From assembly GCA_943787415.1 (NCBI GenBank), contig CALSMI010000011.1, forward strand, positions 246,235 through 310,234: DNA of 64,000 nt. Reading direction: 5' to 3'. This stretch comes from an uncultured Rhizobiaceae group bacterium. Its GTDB lineage: Bacteria > Pseudomonadota > Alphaproteobacteria > Rhizobiales > Rhizobiaceae. Below, one piece after another: positions 1-9,980 of the stretch. Under the pieces are notes generated by a model that was not told the origin of the DNA, searched no databases, and saw nothing but the letters and a program-made list of their open reading frames with translations. The position numbers were made by a program, and so were the translations under genes. Positions within the stretch are counted from its first letter, which is position 1, and each line of letters opens with the position of its first letter.

Positions 1-321
1 AAGGGTGCAATGATCATGATTGCACCGTGGGTCATTCATCGTCATCACGATTATTGGCGTGATCCCGATTGTTTTGATCCCGACCGTTTTATGCCTGAAC
101 GTGACAACGAAATCATAGACGATGCCTATCTTCCCTTTGGTTTAGGTCCGCGCATTTGTGTTGGTGCAAATTTTGCTACGATCGAGGCAACCTTGATCCT
201 CGCTCGCTTTATCAAGAGCTACGAGTTTAAAATTTTAGAACCAGATAAGGTGCAACCGGTAGCGCGATTGACGACGCGGCCAGCAAAGGAAATTCTAATA
301 AAGCCAAGACACCGGAATTAG
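1..321 (+). CDS. cytochrome P450, C-terminal part (gene open at window start)
   Basis: Frame 1 is open from base 1. The translation contains FGLGPRICVGANFA, the FxxGxRxCxG heme-thiolate loop, followed by a normal P450 C-terminal tail. Stop at 319-321. Confidence 0.85.
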   Translation, partial: KGAMIMIAPWVIHRHHDYWRDPDCFDPDRFMPERDNEIIDDAYLPFGLGPRICVGANFATIEATLILARFIKSYEFKILEPDKVQPVARLTTRPAKEILIKPRHRN

Positions 322-675
322 CATAAGAACTTTTGCTCAAATGGGACGTTTATCGTTGGTCTTCCGTTTAGTCGTTTAGGGATGAGCAATTGTGACGGTT
401 GGGTCCGCCGTGAAGTGGATTGGCAGACGGGGCACTGAAATCAGTTAGTAATAATTACAGCTTGTCGGAAAACTGACTGCATTCTGGAAGTTGATGCGAA
501 CGGCGGCTATAGGCGGTTTCTGCCATTTTCAAATTGAATTGCGACTGGACTTCTTGTCATGAACGAGCGGTAGTGAAGTTGAGTTTTGATCTGAATTGAT
601 CCTTCCGCCCGCAGTTTCGGGCTTTGCGTGATAGCACGGGCATTTTTGCCTTGGCCATCGCAACAGGAGACCGAA

Positions 676-999
676 ATGACGACCACCCAGAAAATCAAAC
701 AAACACAATCCAAAACACGGGCAAAGCCGGCTAGGCATGCTGCACCGCCCAAACGCTTCACCAAGAAAGAAAAATTGATAAAACTGTTGCGCGCCAAGTC
801 AGGTGTGGACGTCAGCTCGATAAGCCAGAAACTGGACTGGCAGAAGCACACGACCCGCGCAGCACTGACGAAACTGCGCAAGGCCGATTATCAACTGCTG
901 ACCATGAAGAAAGCAAATAACAAGCCCACGCGATACAGGATCACAGCAATCCCCCAGGGCACCGAACCAGCCCGGACACAGGCCAAGACCAGTGCCTAA
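676..999 (+). CDS. DUF3489-like small protein (mobile-element associated)
   Basis: ATG at 676 is preceded by caggaga. The pattern KKEKLIKLLRAKSGVDVSSISQKLDWQKHTTRAALTKL...TRYRI matches my memory of DUF3489 (K..lI.lL....Ga....i....gWq.Ht.Ra......YrI). Its stop overlaps the next gene's GTG. Confidence 0.6.
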   Translation: MTTTQKIKQTQSKTRAKPARHAAPPKRFTKKEKLIKLLRAKSGVDVSSISQKLDWQKHTTRAALTKLRKADYQLLTMKKANNKPTRYRITAIPQGTEPARTQAKTSA

Positions 1000-1396
1000 T
1001 CCGAACCCGGATCGCCATCAGGCCATTTTGGATTGGCAGGAAACATTCGGATCCCCACCTCCGCGTTATCTGTCCGTTGGGTTCATGCAAAAGGCTCTGG
1101 CCTATGAGGCCCAGTGCAAATCTTCCGGCGGTCTTCCTGCAGCAACCCGCAGGGCACTGAAGCAGGTTGCATCTGGCAAGTCAGTGCAATCGATCAATGC
1201 TGGCAGGATCAGCCCCGGTGCTCATCTTGTGCGGGAGTGGAACGGACGCACTTATCAGGTGGAAGTGGTGGATGATGGTTACAAAATGGATGGAAAGGCT
1301 TGGCCATCGCTCTCTGCCATCGCAAAGCATATCACGGGCACCACCTGGTCGGGTCCACGCTTCTTTGGCCTCAACAGCCGGGCAGGGGAGCAATAA
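992..1396 (+). CDS. DUF2924-like protein
   Basis: PGAHLVREWNGRTYQVEVVDDGYKMDGKAWPSLSAIAKHITGTTWSGPRFFGL is the characteristic DUF2924 C-terminal signature. It is translationally coupled on both sides (GTG overlaps the upstream TAA; TAATG with the recombinase). Confidence 0.65.
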   Translation: MPNPNPDRHQAILDWQETFGSPPPRYLSVGFMQKALAYEAQCKSSGGLPAATRRALKQVASGKSVQSINAGRISPGAHLVREWNGRTYQVEVVDDGYKMDGKAWPSLSAIAKHITGTTWSGPRFFGLNSRAGEQ

Positions 1397-3036
1397 TGAA
1401 GAAGATCCGCTGTGCTATCTATACCCGTAAATCCTCAGAAGATGGATTGGAACAGGAGTTTAACTCGCTGGATGCACAAAGAGAGGCCTGTGCCGCATAT
1501 GTTGCAAGCCAAAAACAGGAAGGCTGGGTGTTGTTGGCGGAAACCTTTGATGACGGCGGATTGTCTGGCGGTTCCCTGGAACGCCCGGCGTTGAAAAGAA
1601 TACTCGAGCAGGTTCATGATGGTCGCATTGATCAGATCATTGTCTACAAGATCGACCGTTTGACCCGTTCGCTTTCGGACTTTGCAAAGATCGTTGATGT
1701 TCTTGATGCAGCCGGAGCATCCTTTGTTTCTGTTACCCAGTCATTCAATACAGCAACCAGCATGGGACGGCTCACCCTCAATATGCTCTTGAGTTTTGCC
1801 CAGTTCGAACGGGAAGTTACGGCAGAGCGCATTCGTGATAAAATAGCTGCCTCCAAACGAAAGGGGCTCTGGATGGGTGGGGCAGTGCCCATTGGATATG
1901 ACCCGGATGGCCGAACGCTAAAGATCAACGAAGATGAGGCCGCAACAATCCGAACCCTCTATGACCTTTATGAGAAATTTGGGTCAATCCGGGCGGTTAA
2001 AGTGGAAGCAGACAGGCTTGGCCTGCGCACCCGCCGGCGAGAACACGCCTCAGGAAAAGTAAACGGCGGCGGCAACTTTGATCGAGGCCACATATATTAC
2101 ATTCTCACCAGCCCCACCTTTGCAGGTCGGATACGACATCGAAAGATTGTCCATGATGGCCTTCATACAGCGATCATCGATCCGGAACGCTGGGATCGCA
2201 TACAAACGCAGCTGCAGGAAGGAGCATCCCGATTGCGCTGCAAACCTGGTGTCAATCGAAAGTCTCTGCTTTGTGGTAAGCTGTTCGATGAAACAGGTGA
2301 CCGGTTGACGCCATCGCACGCAAAAACGCGCAAAGGCGTCCGCCTTCGCTACTACATCTCTCATCGTTTGGTGACGAACAGCCGGGAAACTCATCTGGAT
2401 GCCTGGCGCTTGCCTGCTCCTGAACTGGAAACCAGGTGTGCAGAACTGATCCGATCGATGCTCAGGGATAATGCCTTGGTAACCCGGATCCTTCCAAAAA
2501 GTCGTGCTGAAGAGATTAGTCGATTGCGATTACAGTTGTTGGAACTATCGAATGCCCAGGAGATCGAAAACTTCTTATGTCTGGTTGAGCGCATTGAAGT
2601 CACTCCGGGCAAGATCCAGATTACACTCAACGGAACAACACTGACTCAAAAGCTCGGGCTGGCGGAGGGTGCAACAGAAAACGATGAGCTAATGCAAAGC
2701 TTTCCGTTTCAGCTCAGGAAACGTGGTGTCGAGACTAAACTCATCCTCGCCGACAGCTCAACCGGAATTGATGAAACACTCATCCGGAACCTCGCCAGAG
2801 CACATGGATGGTTTGAGCATCTGAAAGCGGGCAAGACCTTCGCTGAAATCGCCCAGACAGAAAACACTTCGCCGCGTCGTGTTCAGCAGATGATTGAGCT
2901 CGCGTTCCTGGCTCCGGACATCGTACGGGACATTCTGGATGGCAAACAGCCTCTTGGCTTCACCACAGAATGGTGCTCTCGACATTCCCTGCCATCAGAT
3001 TGGCACGATCAGCGCCAGCTTCTCGCGACTCTCTGA
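1396..3036 (+). CDS. large serine recombinase (resolvase/invertase N-domain + recombinase domain)
   Basis: MKKIRCAIYTRKSSEDG...SLDAQREAC...IIVYKIDRLTRS is the resolvase catalytic domain with the Ser nucleophile context YxRxSS. It is followed by a long recombinase and coiled-coil extension, 546 aa in total. The ORF-track start at 1300 lies upstream of this canonical N-terminus and overlaps the DUF2924 gene. Confidence 0.9.
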   Translation: MKKIRCAIYTRKSSEDGLEQEFNSLDAQREACAAYVASQKQEGWVLLAETFDDGGLSGGSLERPALKRILEQVHDGRIDQIIVYKIDRLTRSLSDFAKIVDVLDAAGASFVSVTQSFNTATSMGRLTLNMLLSFAQFEREVTAERIRDKIAASKRKGLWMGGAVPIGYDPDGRTLKINEDEAATIRTLYDLYEKFGSIRAVKVEADRLGLRTRRREHASGKVNGGGNFDRGHIYYILTSPTFAGRIRHRKIVHDGLHTAIIDPERWDRIQTQLQEGASRLRCKPGVNRKSLLCGKLFDETGDRLTPSHAKTRKGVRLRYYISHRLVTNSRETHLDAWRLPAPELETRCAELIRSMLRDNALVTRILPKSRAEEISRLRLQLLELSNAQEIENFLCLVERIEVTPGKIQITLNGTTLTQKLGLAEGATENDELMQSFPFQLRKRGVETKLILADSSTGIDETLIRNLARAHGWFEHLKAGKTFAEIAQTENTSPRRVQQMIELAFLAPDIVRDILDGKQPLGFTTEWCSRHSLPSDWHDQRQLLATL

Positions 3037-3165
3037 ACGCGTCTCCCAAACTCGTATGGCGAAAATGGCAATTGCAGACTTTCGCGACAATACGGCCCTA
3101 TTTCTGCCATTCAATAGGTCTGCGCAGAAGCGCTATCCCTGTAAGCCACGGAAATCACGCGGTAA

Positions 3166-3840
3166 CGCTTGATATCGACACTCAGGGCTGCCGGAGACGA
3201 TGACAACATCCGCGCGGTTGTAATAACTGGAGCTGGAGAGAGAGCATTCAGCGCTGGACAGGATTTAAATGAAGCAACCGGTTTCGATGCGGCTCGGGCA
3301 GAAATCTGGATTGATGAATTTCATACACTTTATAAAACCGTTCGCGCATTGGAAATACCGGTTATTGCTGCAATCAACGGTGTCACTGCTGGCTCAGCAT
3401 TTCAGTTCGCGCTGTTGACCGACATTCGTGTTGGCCATTTGGACGTAAAAATGGGACAGCCTGAAATTAATTCTGGTATCGCGAGTATAACCGGGCCGTG
3501 GATCATGCGTGAAGTGCTGGGTCTGTCCCGAACAATCGAGTTGACCCTCACCGGCCGCATGATGGACGCGGATGAGGCTTTGCGGTTAGGCGTGCTGCAC
3601 CACGTCGTACCGCGTGACGAAGTTTTGAACCGCTCTCATGATATCGCGCGTCAATTGGCAGCCAAGCCGCAGACTGCAATGCGATTGATCAAACGCCGGT
3701 TCTTTGAAGTTCTGGAATCTGGTCTGGATGACGCAGTAAATGCTGCCAAGCGCCATCATCGTGAATCATTCGACTCAGGTGAACCACAATCCGTTACGAC
3801 CGAATTCCTGACCGCGCGCGGCGGTGTCAAGGATGGATAA
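3166..3840 (+). pseudogene. enoyl-CoA hydratase/isomerase (crotonase) family, 5'-truncated
   Basis: Homology starts at ..LRAAGDDDNIRAVVITGAGERAFSAGQDLNE, which corresponds to about residue 33 of crotonases such as PaaF. The N-terminal beta-strand/NRP..NA segment is missing. An in-frame TAA sits at 3163-3165 and only a TTG (3169) is available as a start. Confidence 0.65.
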
Positions 3841-5380
3841 CCGCGCAAAAGCCACTCAAGCCCCATTTGTGACAACTATCAGCAATTTGTTGCTGGACGG
3901 CGAACTTAATCACCCAGAACACGTTATCCTCGTCGCAGACAACCGCGAGATAAGCCTGGCTGAAATTGTCCTTCAAGCTCGCGCTGTAGCAACCCAACTT
4001 GAAGCCTCTGGGGTCCAGAAAGATGACCCTGTCATGACCATGTTGGGCAATGGCCCCAATCACGTGGCCATCTTTCTTGGTATCTCGTTGATCGGTGCAC
4101 TTTGGGTGCCGCTCAACCCAGATGCCAAAGGCCACTCCCTGGCCCACGCCATAGGTATTGCAGACCCGGTGCTGGCTTTCACAACACCAATTGCCAGAGA
4201 ACAATTAGAACGTGCCGGTCTAAAACCATCCTGTATTGTCGTCGAGACGGACGGTTGGCAGCTTCCACCCCGCACTGCTCCCCACGAGGCCAAGCTTCCC
4301 AAAACAGACCCACAAGACGTTCGAGCTGTACTGTTCACCTCAGGCACATCCGGTCCGCCAAAGGGGGTGATGGTGTCTGAACAAATGTTGGTGGCATCAG
4401 CGGCAGGCACGGCACAGGCTTCGGACTGTCAAAGTGGTGATGTGTTTTTGATGTGGGAACCCCTGCACCATATTGGAGGTAGCCAGATTGTTGTGATGGC
4501 GCTAATTCATTTAACCCGCCTGGTGATGGTCAAGAAATTTAGTGCCAGCAGACTGTGGCCGCAAGTCCGCGCCCATCAAGTAACCAAGCTGCACTACCTG
4601 GGCGGCATACTGGAAATATTGTTAAAGGCCAGGCCGACAAACATTGATCGTGATCATTCTATCCAGCTTGCATTTGGCGGTGGTTGTAGACCAGAAATTT
4701 GGCGCGATTTTGAACAACGTTTTGGCATTCCCATTCGAGAAGTTTATGGCATGACAGAAGCCTCAAGCTTTACCACCATTAATTTAGATGGACCCACCGG
4801 GTCAGTTGGTACGCCTGTCCCCTGGTTTGATGTCGAAATGCTGACCAGTGATGGCCAAGAGGTAAGCGAGGGTGAGGTAGGTGAGATCGTTGTGACATCG
4901 CATCATCCAGGCCTGTTCACGCCCGGCTATCGCAAAGCTGCCGATGCGACCGAACAATTGCTGCGCAACGGGCGACTTCATTCAGGTGATCTTGGCCGTT
5001 TCGATGAGGATGGGAATCTCTACTATGCAGGCAGGTTATCAGACTCTCTCAGGCGGCGCGGCGAAAATATTTCAGCCTGGGAAGTTGAAACTGCCCTTGT
5101 CGCGCACCCGTACGTGGCGGAGTGCGCTGTTGTTGCAGTTCCGGCGACCATTGGAGAGCACGAGATACTGTGTTTTGTCATCATGGCAGATGAGCGGGCT
5201 TTCAATTCCGCGGAATTGTGCAAATGGTGCCGCTCAGCTATGCCAAAACACCATATACCGCGGTATTGGAGACACGTGGATTCGTTTCAAAGAACTCCTA
5301 GCCAACGCATTCGCAAAGACCTGCTTGATTTGGATTTAACCAATGCAGAAGACCTGGCAGATGATCGTAAAAGCGCATAA
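3833..5380 (+). CDS. AMP-dependent acyl-CoA synthetase/ligase
   Basis: AMP-binding motif LFTSGTSGPPKGV is present, plus ..REVYGMTE.. and ..HSGDLGRFDEDGNLYYAGRLSD... The ATG at 3833 is in frame with the GTG at 3824 listed in the ORF track. Confidence 0.85.
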   Translation: MDNRAKATQAPFVTTISNLLLDGELNHPEHVILVADNREISLAEIVLQARAVATQLEASGVQKDDPVMTMLGNGPNHVAIFLGISLIGALWVPLNPDAKGHSLAHAIGIADPVLAFTTPIAREQLERAGLKPSCIVVETDGWQLPPRTAPHEAKLPKTDPQDVRAVLFTSGTSGPPKGVMVSEQMLVASAAGTAQASDCQSGDVFLMWEPLHHIGGSQIVVMALIHLTRLVMVKKFSASRLWPQVRAHQVTKLHYLGGILEILLKARPTNIDRDHSIQLAFGGGCRPEIWRDFEQRFGIPIREVYGMTEASSFTTINLDGPTGSVGTPVPWFDVEMLTSDGQEVSEGEVGEIVVTSHHPGLFTPGYRKAADATEQLLRNGRLHSGDLGRFDEDGNLYYAGRLSDSLRRRGENISAWEVETALVAHPYVAECAVVAVPATIGEHEILCFVIMADERAFNSAELCKWCRSAMPKHHIPRYWRHVDSFQRTPSQRIRKDLLDLDLTNAEDLADDRKSA

Positions 5381-5697
5381 ATCTGAAAAGATTTGTGAAC
5401 ATTATTGATGCGACCGTCATCGCTGTAACCCTTGTAAGTTTGCTTGTGTTGTTTAATTTGCGGTAGTTAAGGTGACAAAATATTGACGATTTCCCCATAC
5501 TTGGCTTGAGACGGGCGGGGGAGTGACATAGTTGTCAGAGCCGTCCGTTTTGATTTGGCAAGCCAATGATTAGTTTGGTTGGTGACCACGTTGAAGGTCA
5601 TGTCATCCTGCTTTTGAAACATGGATCGACCAACATGAAATTCGAATGCATGATGAAGGCACAATCAGTCCAATGTGCCAAACTGATGAAATAGAAA

Positions 5698-6063
5698 ATG
5701 AACAAAAAAGGTATTCGGATTCCGCACGGCGACTGGAGTTCTTCAGAAGATTTCTGGCATGGCCGAGTTGAAGGCAATGAGTTGGGTACAGACATCACTG
5801 TCCTTTTTTATGCAACTGATGAGGTTGGTAAAGGACCAGTCTGGCACGTCCACACCTATGATGAAGTGTTTATTATCCGAAAGGGACGAGCACTGTTCAC
5901 AATTGGTGAAGACAAGATCGTAGCTGAAGAAGGAGACGTTCTTTTGGGACCGGCTGACGTTCCTCACAAATTCGAAAATCTTGGTCCTGGTCGTCTTGAG
6001 AGTACTGATATCCATCTTAGCAGCAGTTGGGAGCAAACAGACCTACCTGACCCAGAATTATAG
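5698..6063 (+). CDS. cupin domain protein
   Basis: 121 aa with cupin-like motifs WHVHTYDEVFIIRKG and GDVLLGPADVPHKFEN. Confidence 0.6.
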   Translation: MNKKGIRIPHGDWSSSEDFWHGRVEGNELGTDITVLFYATDEVGKGPVWHVHTYDEVFIIRKGRALFTIGEDKIVAEEGDVLLGPADVPHKFENLGPGRLESTDIHLSSSWEQTDLPDPEL

Positions 6064-6171
6064 GATTGGTTATGTCACCAATTTCCTTGGCCAGCGGATG
6101 CGTTGCAATCAAATACTGCAAGGGGCACAGTCAGAGCAAAATCGCTTGAGCCGAACAGGGCGGTCACCTAG

Positions 6172-7772
6172 CCCGAATTATTCACCAAGCCTATTCGGTT
6201 TTTGATCAAGCGTAGGAGATCGGCCGGGTTGACGGCTGTGGTGTGATTGGAACTTTGATTACGCGTTGAGGGTTGTATTTGGGGTTCGGGCGGCGGCTAA
6301 TGCCGCGTTGGTCACGGGCTTTGCGCTTTGATGCGGCCCATCAACATGACAAGCATTCTGCGCTGTGGGCAGGCTGTTGGAAAAGCAATCTTGATCCTTG
6401 ATTTCAACTGCTCTACACGCACCGCAATTTTCAGGAATGTTCGTCGGATGGTCTCGAAAGTGGCGGCTCGGAATTGCGATCGTTTTGGGGTAGCCCTGCG
6501 CAATAACAGCAGCAACCAGTAGGCGCCAGTATGCAAAAACAACCGGAACTGGTTGGCCTGCCAGCGGTGACAGGAGGTTCGGTCGGATTTGGTATAGAGC
6601 TTGTGTTCCTTGATCAGGTTTTCCATTCTGCCGCGGGCGCAGTAGACCTTCTCGTAAAGATGTTTGGCCCTTCCAGCCAGATTGGTGACGATGAAGCGGA
6701 TATCGCTGCCCTGATGGGTCGCCTCAACGCGGGCGATCACCTTGCGTTGCTTCGACCAACTGCCAGCCCTGTAACCGGTCTGGAAAAAGCGGCGGATTTT
6801 GTCCTTGCCTGATCCTGCCCGGCGCACGGCGACATCCTCACACCATGCATGGCTCATCCGCTTGAGACGGGCATTGCCGGGGAGGCCAAGAATGTAACCG
6901 CAACCGGTATTCTCAAGGTAATCCATGACCTCAGGCGTTCCATAGTGCCCGTCTCCACGTACGGTGATGACAACACGGGGCCAGTTACGACGAATACGGG
7001 CGATGACGTGGCGTAAAATTTGCGCGGCCTCTTCCCCCGAGGGCCGCTTGCCAGGTCGAAGTACAAAACAAACCGGCTTGCCTGTCGCGGCATCGTAAAT
7101 GTGGATCGGCTGGAAACAATAGCCCCCGGCATGGGTGTTGAACAGGCAGAGTTGCTGATCGCCATATGTCCGGTCGGTGGTGTCATCAATGTCCAGAACA
7201 ATATGACCGGGAACGGCGTTAAAACTGTCACAGAACAGATCAATCAGGGCCAGTCCCATGCGTGCCAGTTCCCGCCAGGACGGCGTGTTCTCGAGCCTTG
7301 AAAGCGTCGGCTGGGAAGCAAGCGGATTGCCAGTGTCCGGCAGCTGCTCGCAGGCCAGCTTGAAAGCCGGATCATGGCGCAATTCATCGAGATCGTCGCA
7401 GTCTTCATAGCCACAGCAAATCGCCAGCATGCGCGAGCGGATCATCGTGGCGTAAGCATGGACAGTCCGCCCCGCATCACGGGTGTCATGAAGGCAGGAC
7501 GCAAGAATGTCCGCGAATTTCAACCTTCGTTCAATCTCGCGCAGTATCAAAACACCACCATCGGAAGACAGGGCGCCCCCATCAAAGCGGGCGTGGATTT
7601 CCACAGGCCCAACGGGTGACAAACCAGGAAGAAAATGAGTATCTTCTTGCATGGCGGGCCGGACCTTCCGTTGATGGCGAATGATGTTGTTCAAACACCA
7701 AAATCATACGCTATTCCAACAGCTTGATCCATGCCCGCCAACCAATTCAACCGACATGATGAATAATTGGGG
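6172..7772 (-). mobile_element. IS1380-family-like insertion sequence, copy A (1601 bp) with CTAG at both flanks
   Basis: Imperfect terminal inverted repeats are CCCGAATTATTCACCAAGCC (6172->) and CCCCAATTATTCATCATGTC (reverse of 7772). The IR tips are CC. CTAG lies at 6168-6171 and 7773-7776. It carries a single 460-aa DDE transposase. The family assignment is from recalled family traits. Confidence 0.75.
6312..7694 (-). CDS. DDE transposase (IS1380-family-like)
   Basis: 460 aa. The N-terminal pattern is FDGGALSSDGGVLILREIERRL...GYEDCDDLDELRHDPAFKLA...ASQPTLSRLEN. It differs at only one residue (R vs K in CARG[R/K]MEN) from the 21871-23253 copy. Confidence 0.85.
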   Translation of the reverse strand: MNNIIRHQRKVRPAMQEDTHFLPGLSPVGPVEIHARFDGGALSSDGGVLILREIERRLKFADILASCLHDTRDAGRTVHAYATMIRSRMLAICCGYEDCDDLDELRHDPAFKLACEQLPDTGNPLASQPTLSRLENTPSWRELARMGLALIDLFCDSFNAVPGHIVLDIDDTTDRTYGDQQLCLFNTHAGGYCFQPIHIYDAATGKPVCFVLRPGKRPSGEEAAQILRHVIARIRRNWPRVVITVRGDGHYGTPEVMDYLENTGCGYILGLPGNARLKRMSHAWCEDVAVRRAGSGKDKIRRFFQTGYRAGSWSKQRKVIARVEATHQGSDIRFIVTNLAGRAKHLYEKVYCARGRMENLIKEHKLYTKSDRTSCHRWQANQFRLFLHTGAYWLLLLLRRATPKRSQFRAATFETIRRTFLKIAVRVEQLKSRIKIAFPTACPQRRMLVMLMGRIKAQSP

Positions 7773-7911
7773 CTAGCTTGGGCGAATGACAAAATGCTCC
7801 CCTTTCGCTATTGCAAAACGTCACCTGAGATCATCCGCCTTATCGTGACAACGATGCCAGAATGCATCTATGCTGCAATATTCCTGAAGATCCCGTTGGC
7901 AGCCGCAAAGG

Positions 7912-9810
7912 ATGGAGATGCCACAGAGCCTTAATCAAAAACCACCACAATTGCCCCGTAGCTGGATCGCAATTGCCTTTGTGGTAATGGCCATTTTTCT
8001 GACCTTGTCAGTACTCGGGTATCAAGTTGATACAGCCGTAAAAACAATCGCCTACAGCGAAGTCAAGAAAATGATCAGTGAAGGAGGCATTTCTTCAGTT
8101 ATCCTGGAAGAGCACACGGTCACACTGGTTTCTGGCGATGCAACAAATGCAACGACGTTTCGTGCAGTAATTCCAGTGCAGAATGACCCTACGTTGCTCC
8201 CATTGCTTGAAGCGCACAAAATAGAAGTCATGGCGCGCGCGCCTGAGGGCACTTCAATTCTGGCGTATATTTTGCCCTGGGTTCTTATTCTTGGATTCTA
8301 TTTATGGTTCCAGCGCCGAATGATGGGCGGTTTGAGTGGCCCATTGGGACGTAACAGTTTAGGCGGTTTGTTTAAGGGACGGTTTTCCAAACCAACTGAG
8401 CAAAAGCAACGCATCACTTTTGACGACGTCGCAGGGCAGGAGCAGGCAAAGCGCGAAGTTTCCGAATTGGTTGAGTTTCTCCGTGAACCTGATCGGTTTA
8501 GCCGTGTCGGGGCAACAGTACCGCACGGAGTTCTTTTGATGGGCCCTCCTGGAACTGGGAAAACATTACTGGCCAAGGCGCTCGCTGGTGAAGCGGATGT
8601 GCCGTTCTTCTCAACAACTGGATCAGAATTCATTGAAGTTTTCGTAGGTGTCGGTGCGGGTCGTGTGCGCAAGATGTTTGAAGCGGCACGCAAGGTCGCA
8701 CCGGCCATCATTTTCATTGATGAGCTGGACAGTATAGGGCGCACCCGCGGCACCGGATTAGGTGGAGGCAATGATGAGCGGGAACAGACATTGAATCAGA
8801 TACTCGCTGAGCTTGACGGATTTGATGGACGAGAAGCCGTTGTTGTTCTTGCAGCAACGAACCGTCCCGATGTTCTGGACCCCGCATTATTGCGTCCCGG
8901 ACGCTTCGACCGCCATGTGACGTTGAACCTTCCTGACAAAAAGGCGCGTCGTGCAATTTTGGATATTCATGCAAAAGGGTTGCCGCTGAAAAACAAGAGT
9001 GATCTGGATTTGATAGCAGCCGGCACTACAGGGTTTTCAGGAGCTGATCTGAAGAACCTGCTCAACGAGGCGGCAATTGGTGCAGCGCGACGAAAAGCCG
9101 GCAAAATCCTGAAGCCCGATCTGGAAGAGGCTCGAGACAAAGTAATCATGGGAACCGTGCGCACGTTGGCAATTCGCCCTGAAGAGCACAATCGCCTGGC
9201 CGTGCATGAAGCGGGCCATACGGTCGCGGCTTACTACACGCCCGAAGCCGATCCACTTTTTAAGGTTACAATCATTCCCCGGGGACGCAGTCTTGGCGGC
9301 ACCCATATGCTCAATACTGAAGAGCGGCATACATTGTCCGAAGATTTTCTCCATGGCCAATTGGTGACATTGTTGGCTGGGCGCGCTGCAGAAAAGCTTA
9401 TGATTGGCACCGTTAGCTCGGGATCTGATGATGATATCAAGCGTGCGACTGTGTTGGCTCGCTCGATGGTTTCCCGATGGGGTATGGACCAGAAAATCGG
9501 TCCGATTGATTTGCGCCAAAGCGAGGATCATCCATTCCTGGGTCAATCTATCGCACAGCCACGCGATCATGCAGATGAAACAGCTGCGCGTGTTGATCAA
9601 GCTGTTATTGCCATGCTGAAGAAAGCTGAAGCCAAAGCAACAAAGATATTGAGCGACAACAAGCCAGGGCTTCAGAGGCTGATCGAGAAACTGGAGGTAG
9701 CAGAAATGCTGGATATTGATGGTATCCGAGAATGTCTTGAGCCGGTTGGAAACGTACATCCGCCACGTTCAGCGCCCAGCAAGAAGAAGAGAGCCCCCAC
9801 TCTTGATTAA
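7912..9810 (+). CDS. ftsH: ATP-dependent zinc metalloprotease FtsH
   Basis: Two N-terminal TM helices, Walker A GPPGTGKT, Walker [12 protein letters not shown] region, and Zn site HEAGH ([12 protein letters not shown]). Confidence 0.9.
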   Translation: MEMPQSLNQKPPQLPRSWIAIAFVVMAIFLTLSVLGYQVDTAVKTIAYSEVKKMISEGGISSVILEEHTVTLVSGDATNATTFRAVIPVQNDPTLLPLLEAHKIEVMARAPEGTSILAYILPWVLILGFYLWFQRRMMGGLSGPLGRNSLGGLFKGRFSKPTEQKQRITFDDVAGQEQAKREVSELVEFLREPDRFSRVGATVPHGVLLMGPPGTGKTLLAKALAGEADVPFFSTTGSEFIEVFVGVGAGRVRKMFEAARKVAPAIIFIDELDSIGRTRGTGLGGGNDEREQTLNQILAELDGFDGREAVVVLAATNRPDVLDPALLRPGRFDRHVTLNLPDKKARRAILDIHAKGLPLKNKSDLDLIAAGTTGFSGADLKNLLNEAAIGAARRKAGKILKPDLEEARDKVIMGTVRTLAIRPEEHNRLAVHEAGHTVAAYYTPEADPLFKVTIIPRGRSLGGTHMLNTEERHTLSEDFLHGQLVTLLAGRAAEKLMIGTVSSGSDDDIKRATVLARSMVSRWGMDQKIGPIDLRQSEDHPFLGQSIAQPRDHADETAARVDQAVIAMLKKAEAKATKILSDNKPGLQRLIEKLEVAEMLDIDGIRECLEPVGNVHPPRSAPSKKKRAPTLD

Positions 9811-9980
9811 TGTGCTGAAGCGGACTTGGTGGTATGATTGAGTTGCAATTATTCTAAGGTTTAAGCACCAAAAAACAGGACGTGGATTTGACTGGGACAG
9901 TGTCAGAGGGGCTTGTATAATATCGTGCAAACCATCTGACCAGTTTTTCTGGCATCTGGAAAAACACCGGAGAAAATGGA

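Larger units (their letters stand above)
676..3036 (+). mobile_element. DUF3489-DUF2924-serine recombinase integration/excision module
   Basis: Three translationally coupled genes in the order typical of alphaproteobacterial integrative elements. The true element ends are not established (see findings). Confidence 0.6.

Noticed and set aside
1300-1395. An upstream extension of the serine recombinase ORF.
   Set aside because: It overlaps the DUF2924 gene in another frame. The canonical resolvase N-terminus MKKIRCAIYTRKSS starts at 1396, coupled to the DUF2924 stop (TAATG).
6168-7776. An attempt to use target-site duplications to decide between independent insertions, composite transposition or IS-IS inversion.
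   Set aside because: All four junctions carry the same palindromic CTAG, so every scenario predicts the observed flanks. No conclusion is possible from this window alone.
7777-7806. A possible RpoH-type promoter for ftsH (CTTG-N18-CCCCTTTC) immediately next to the IS junction.
   Set aside because: The -10-like part matches CYTATNT or CCCCATNT only weakly. With no supporting evidence, it is too weak to annotate.
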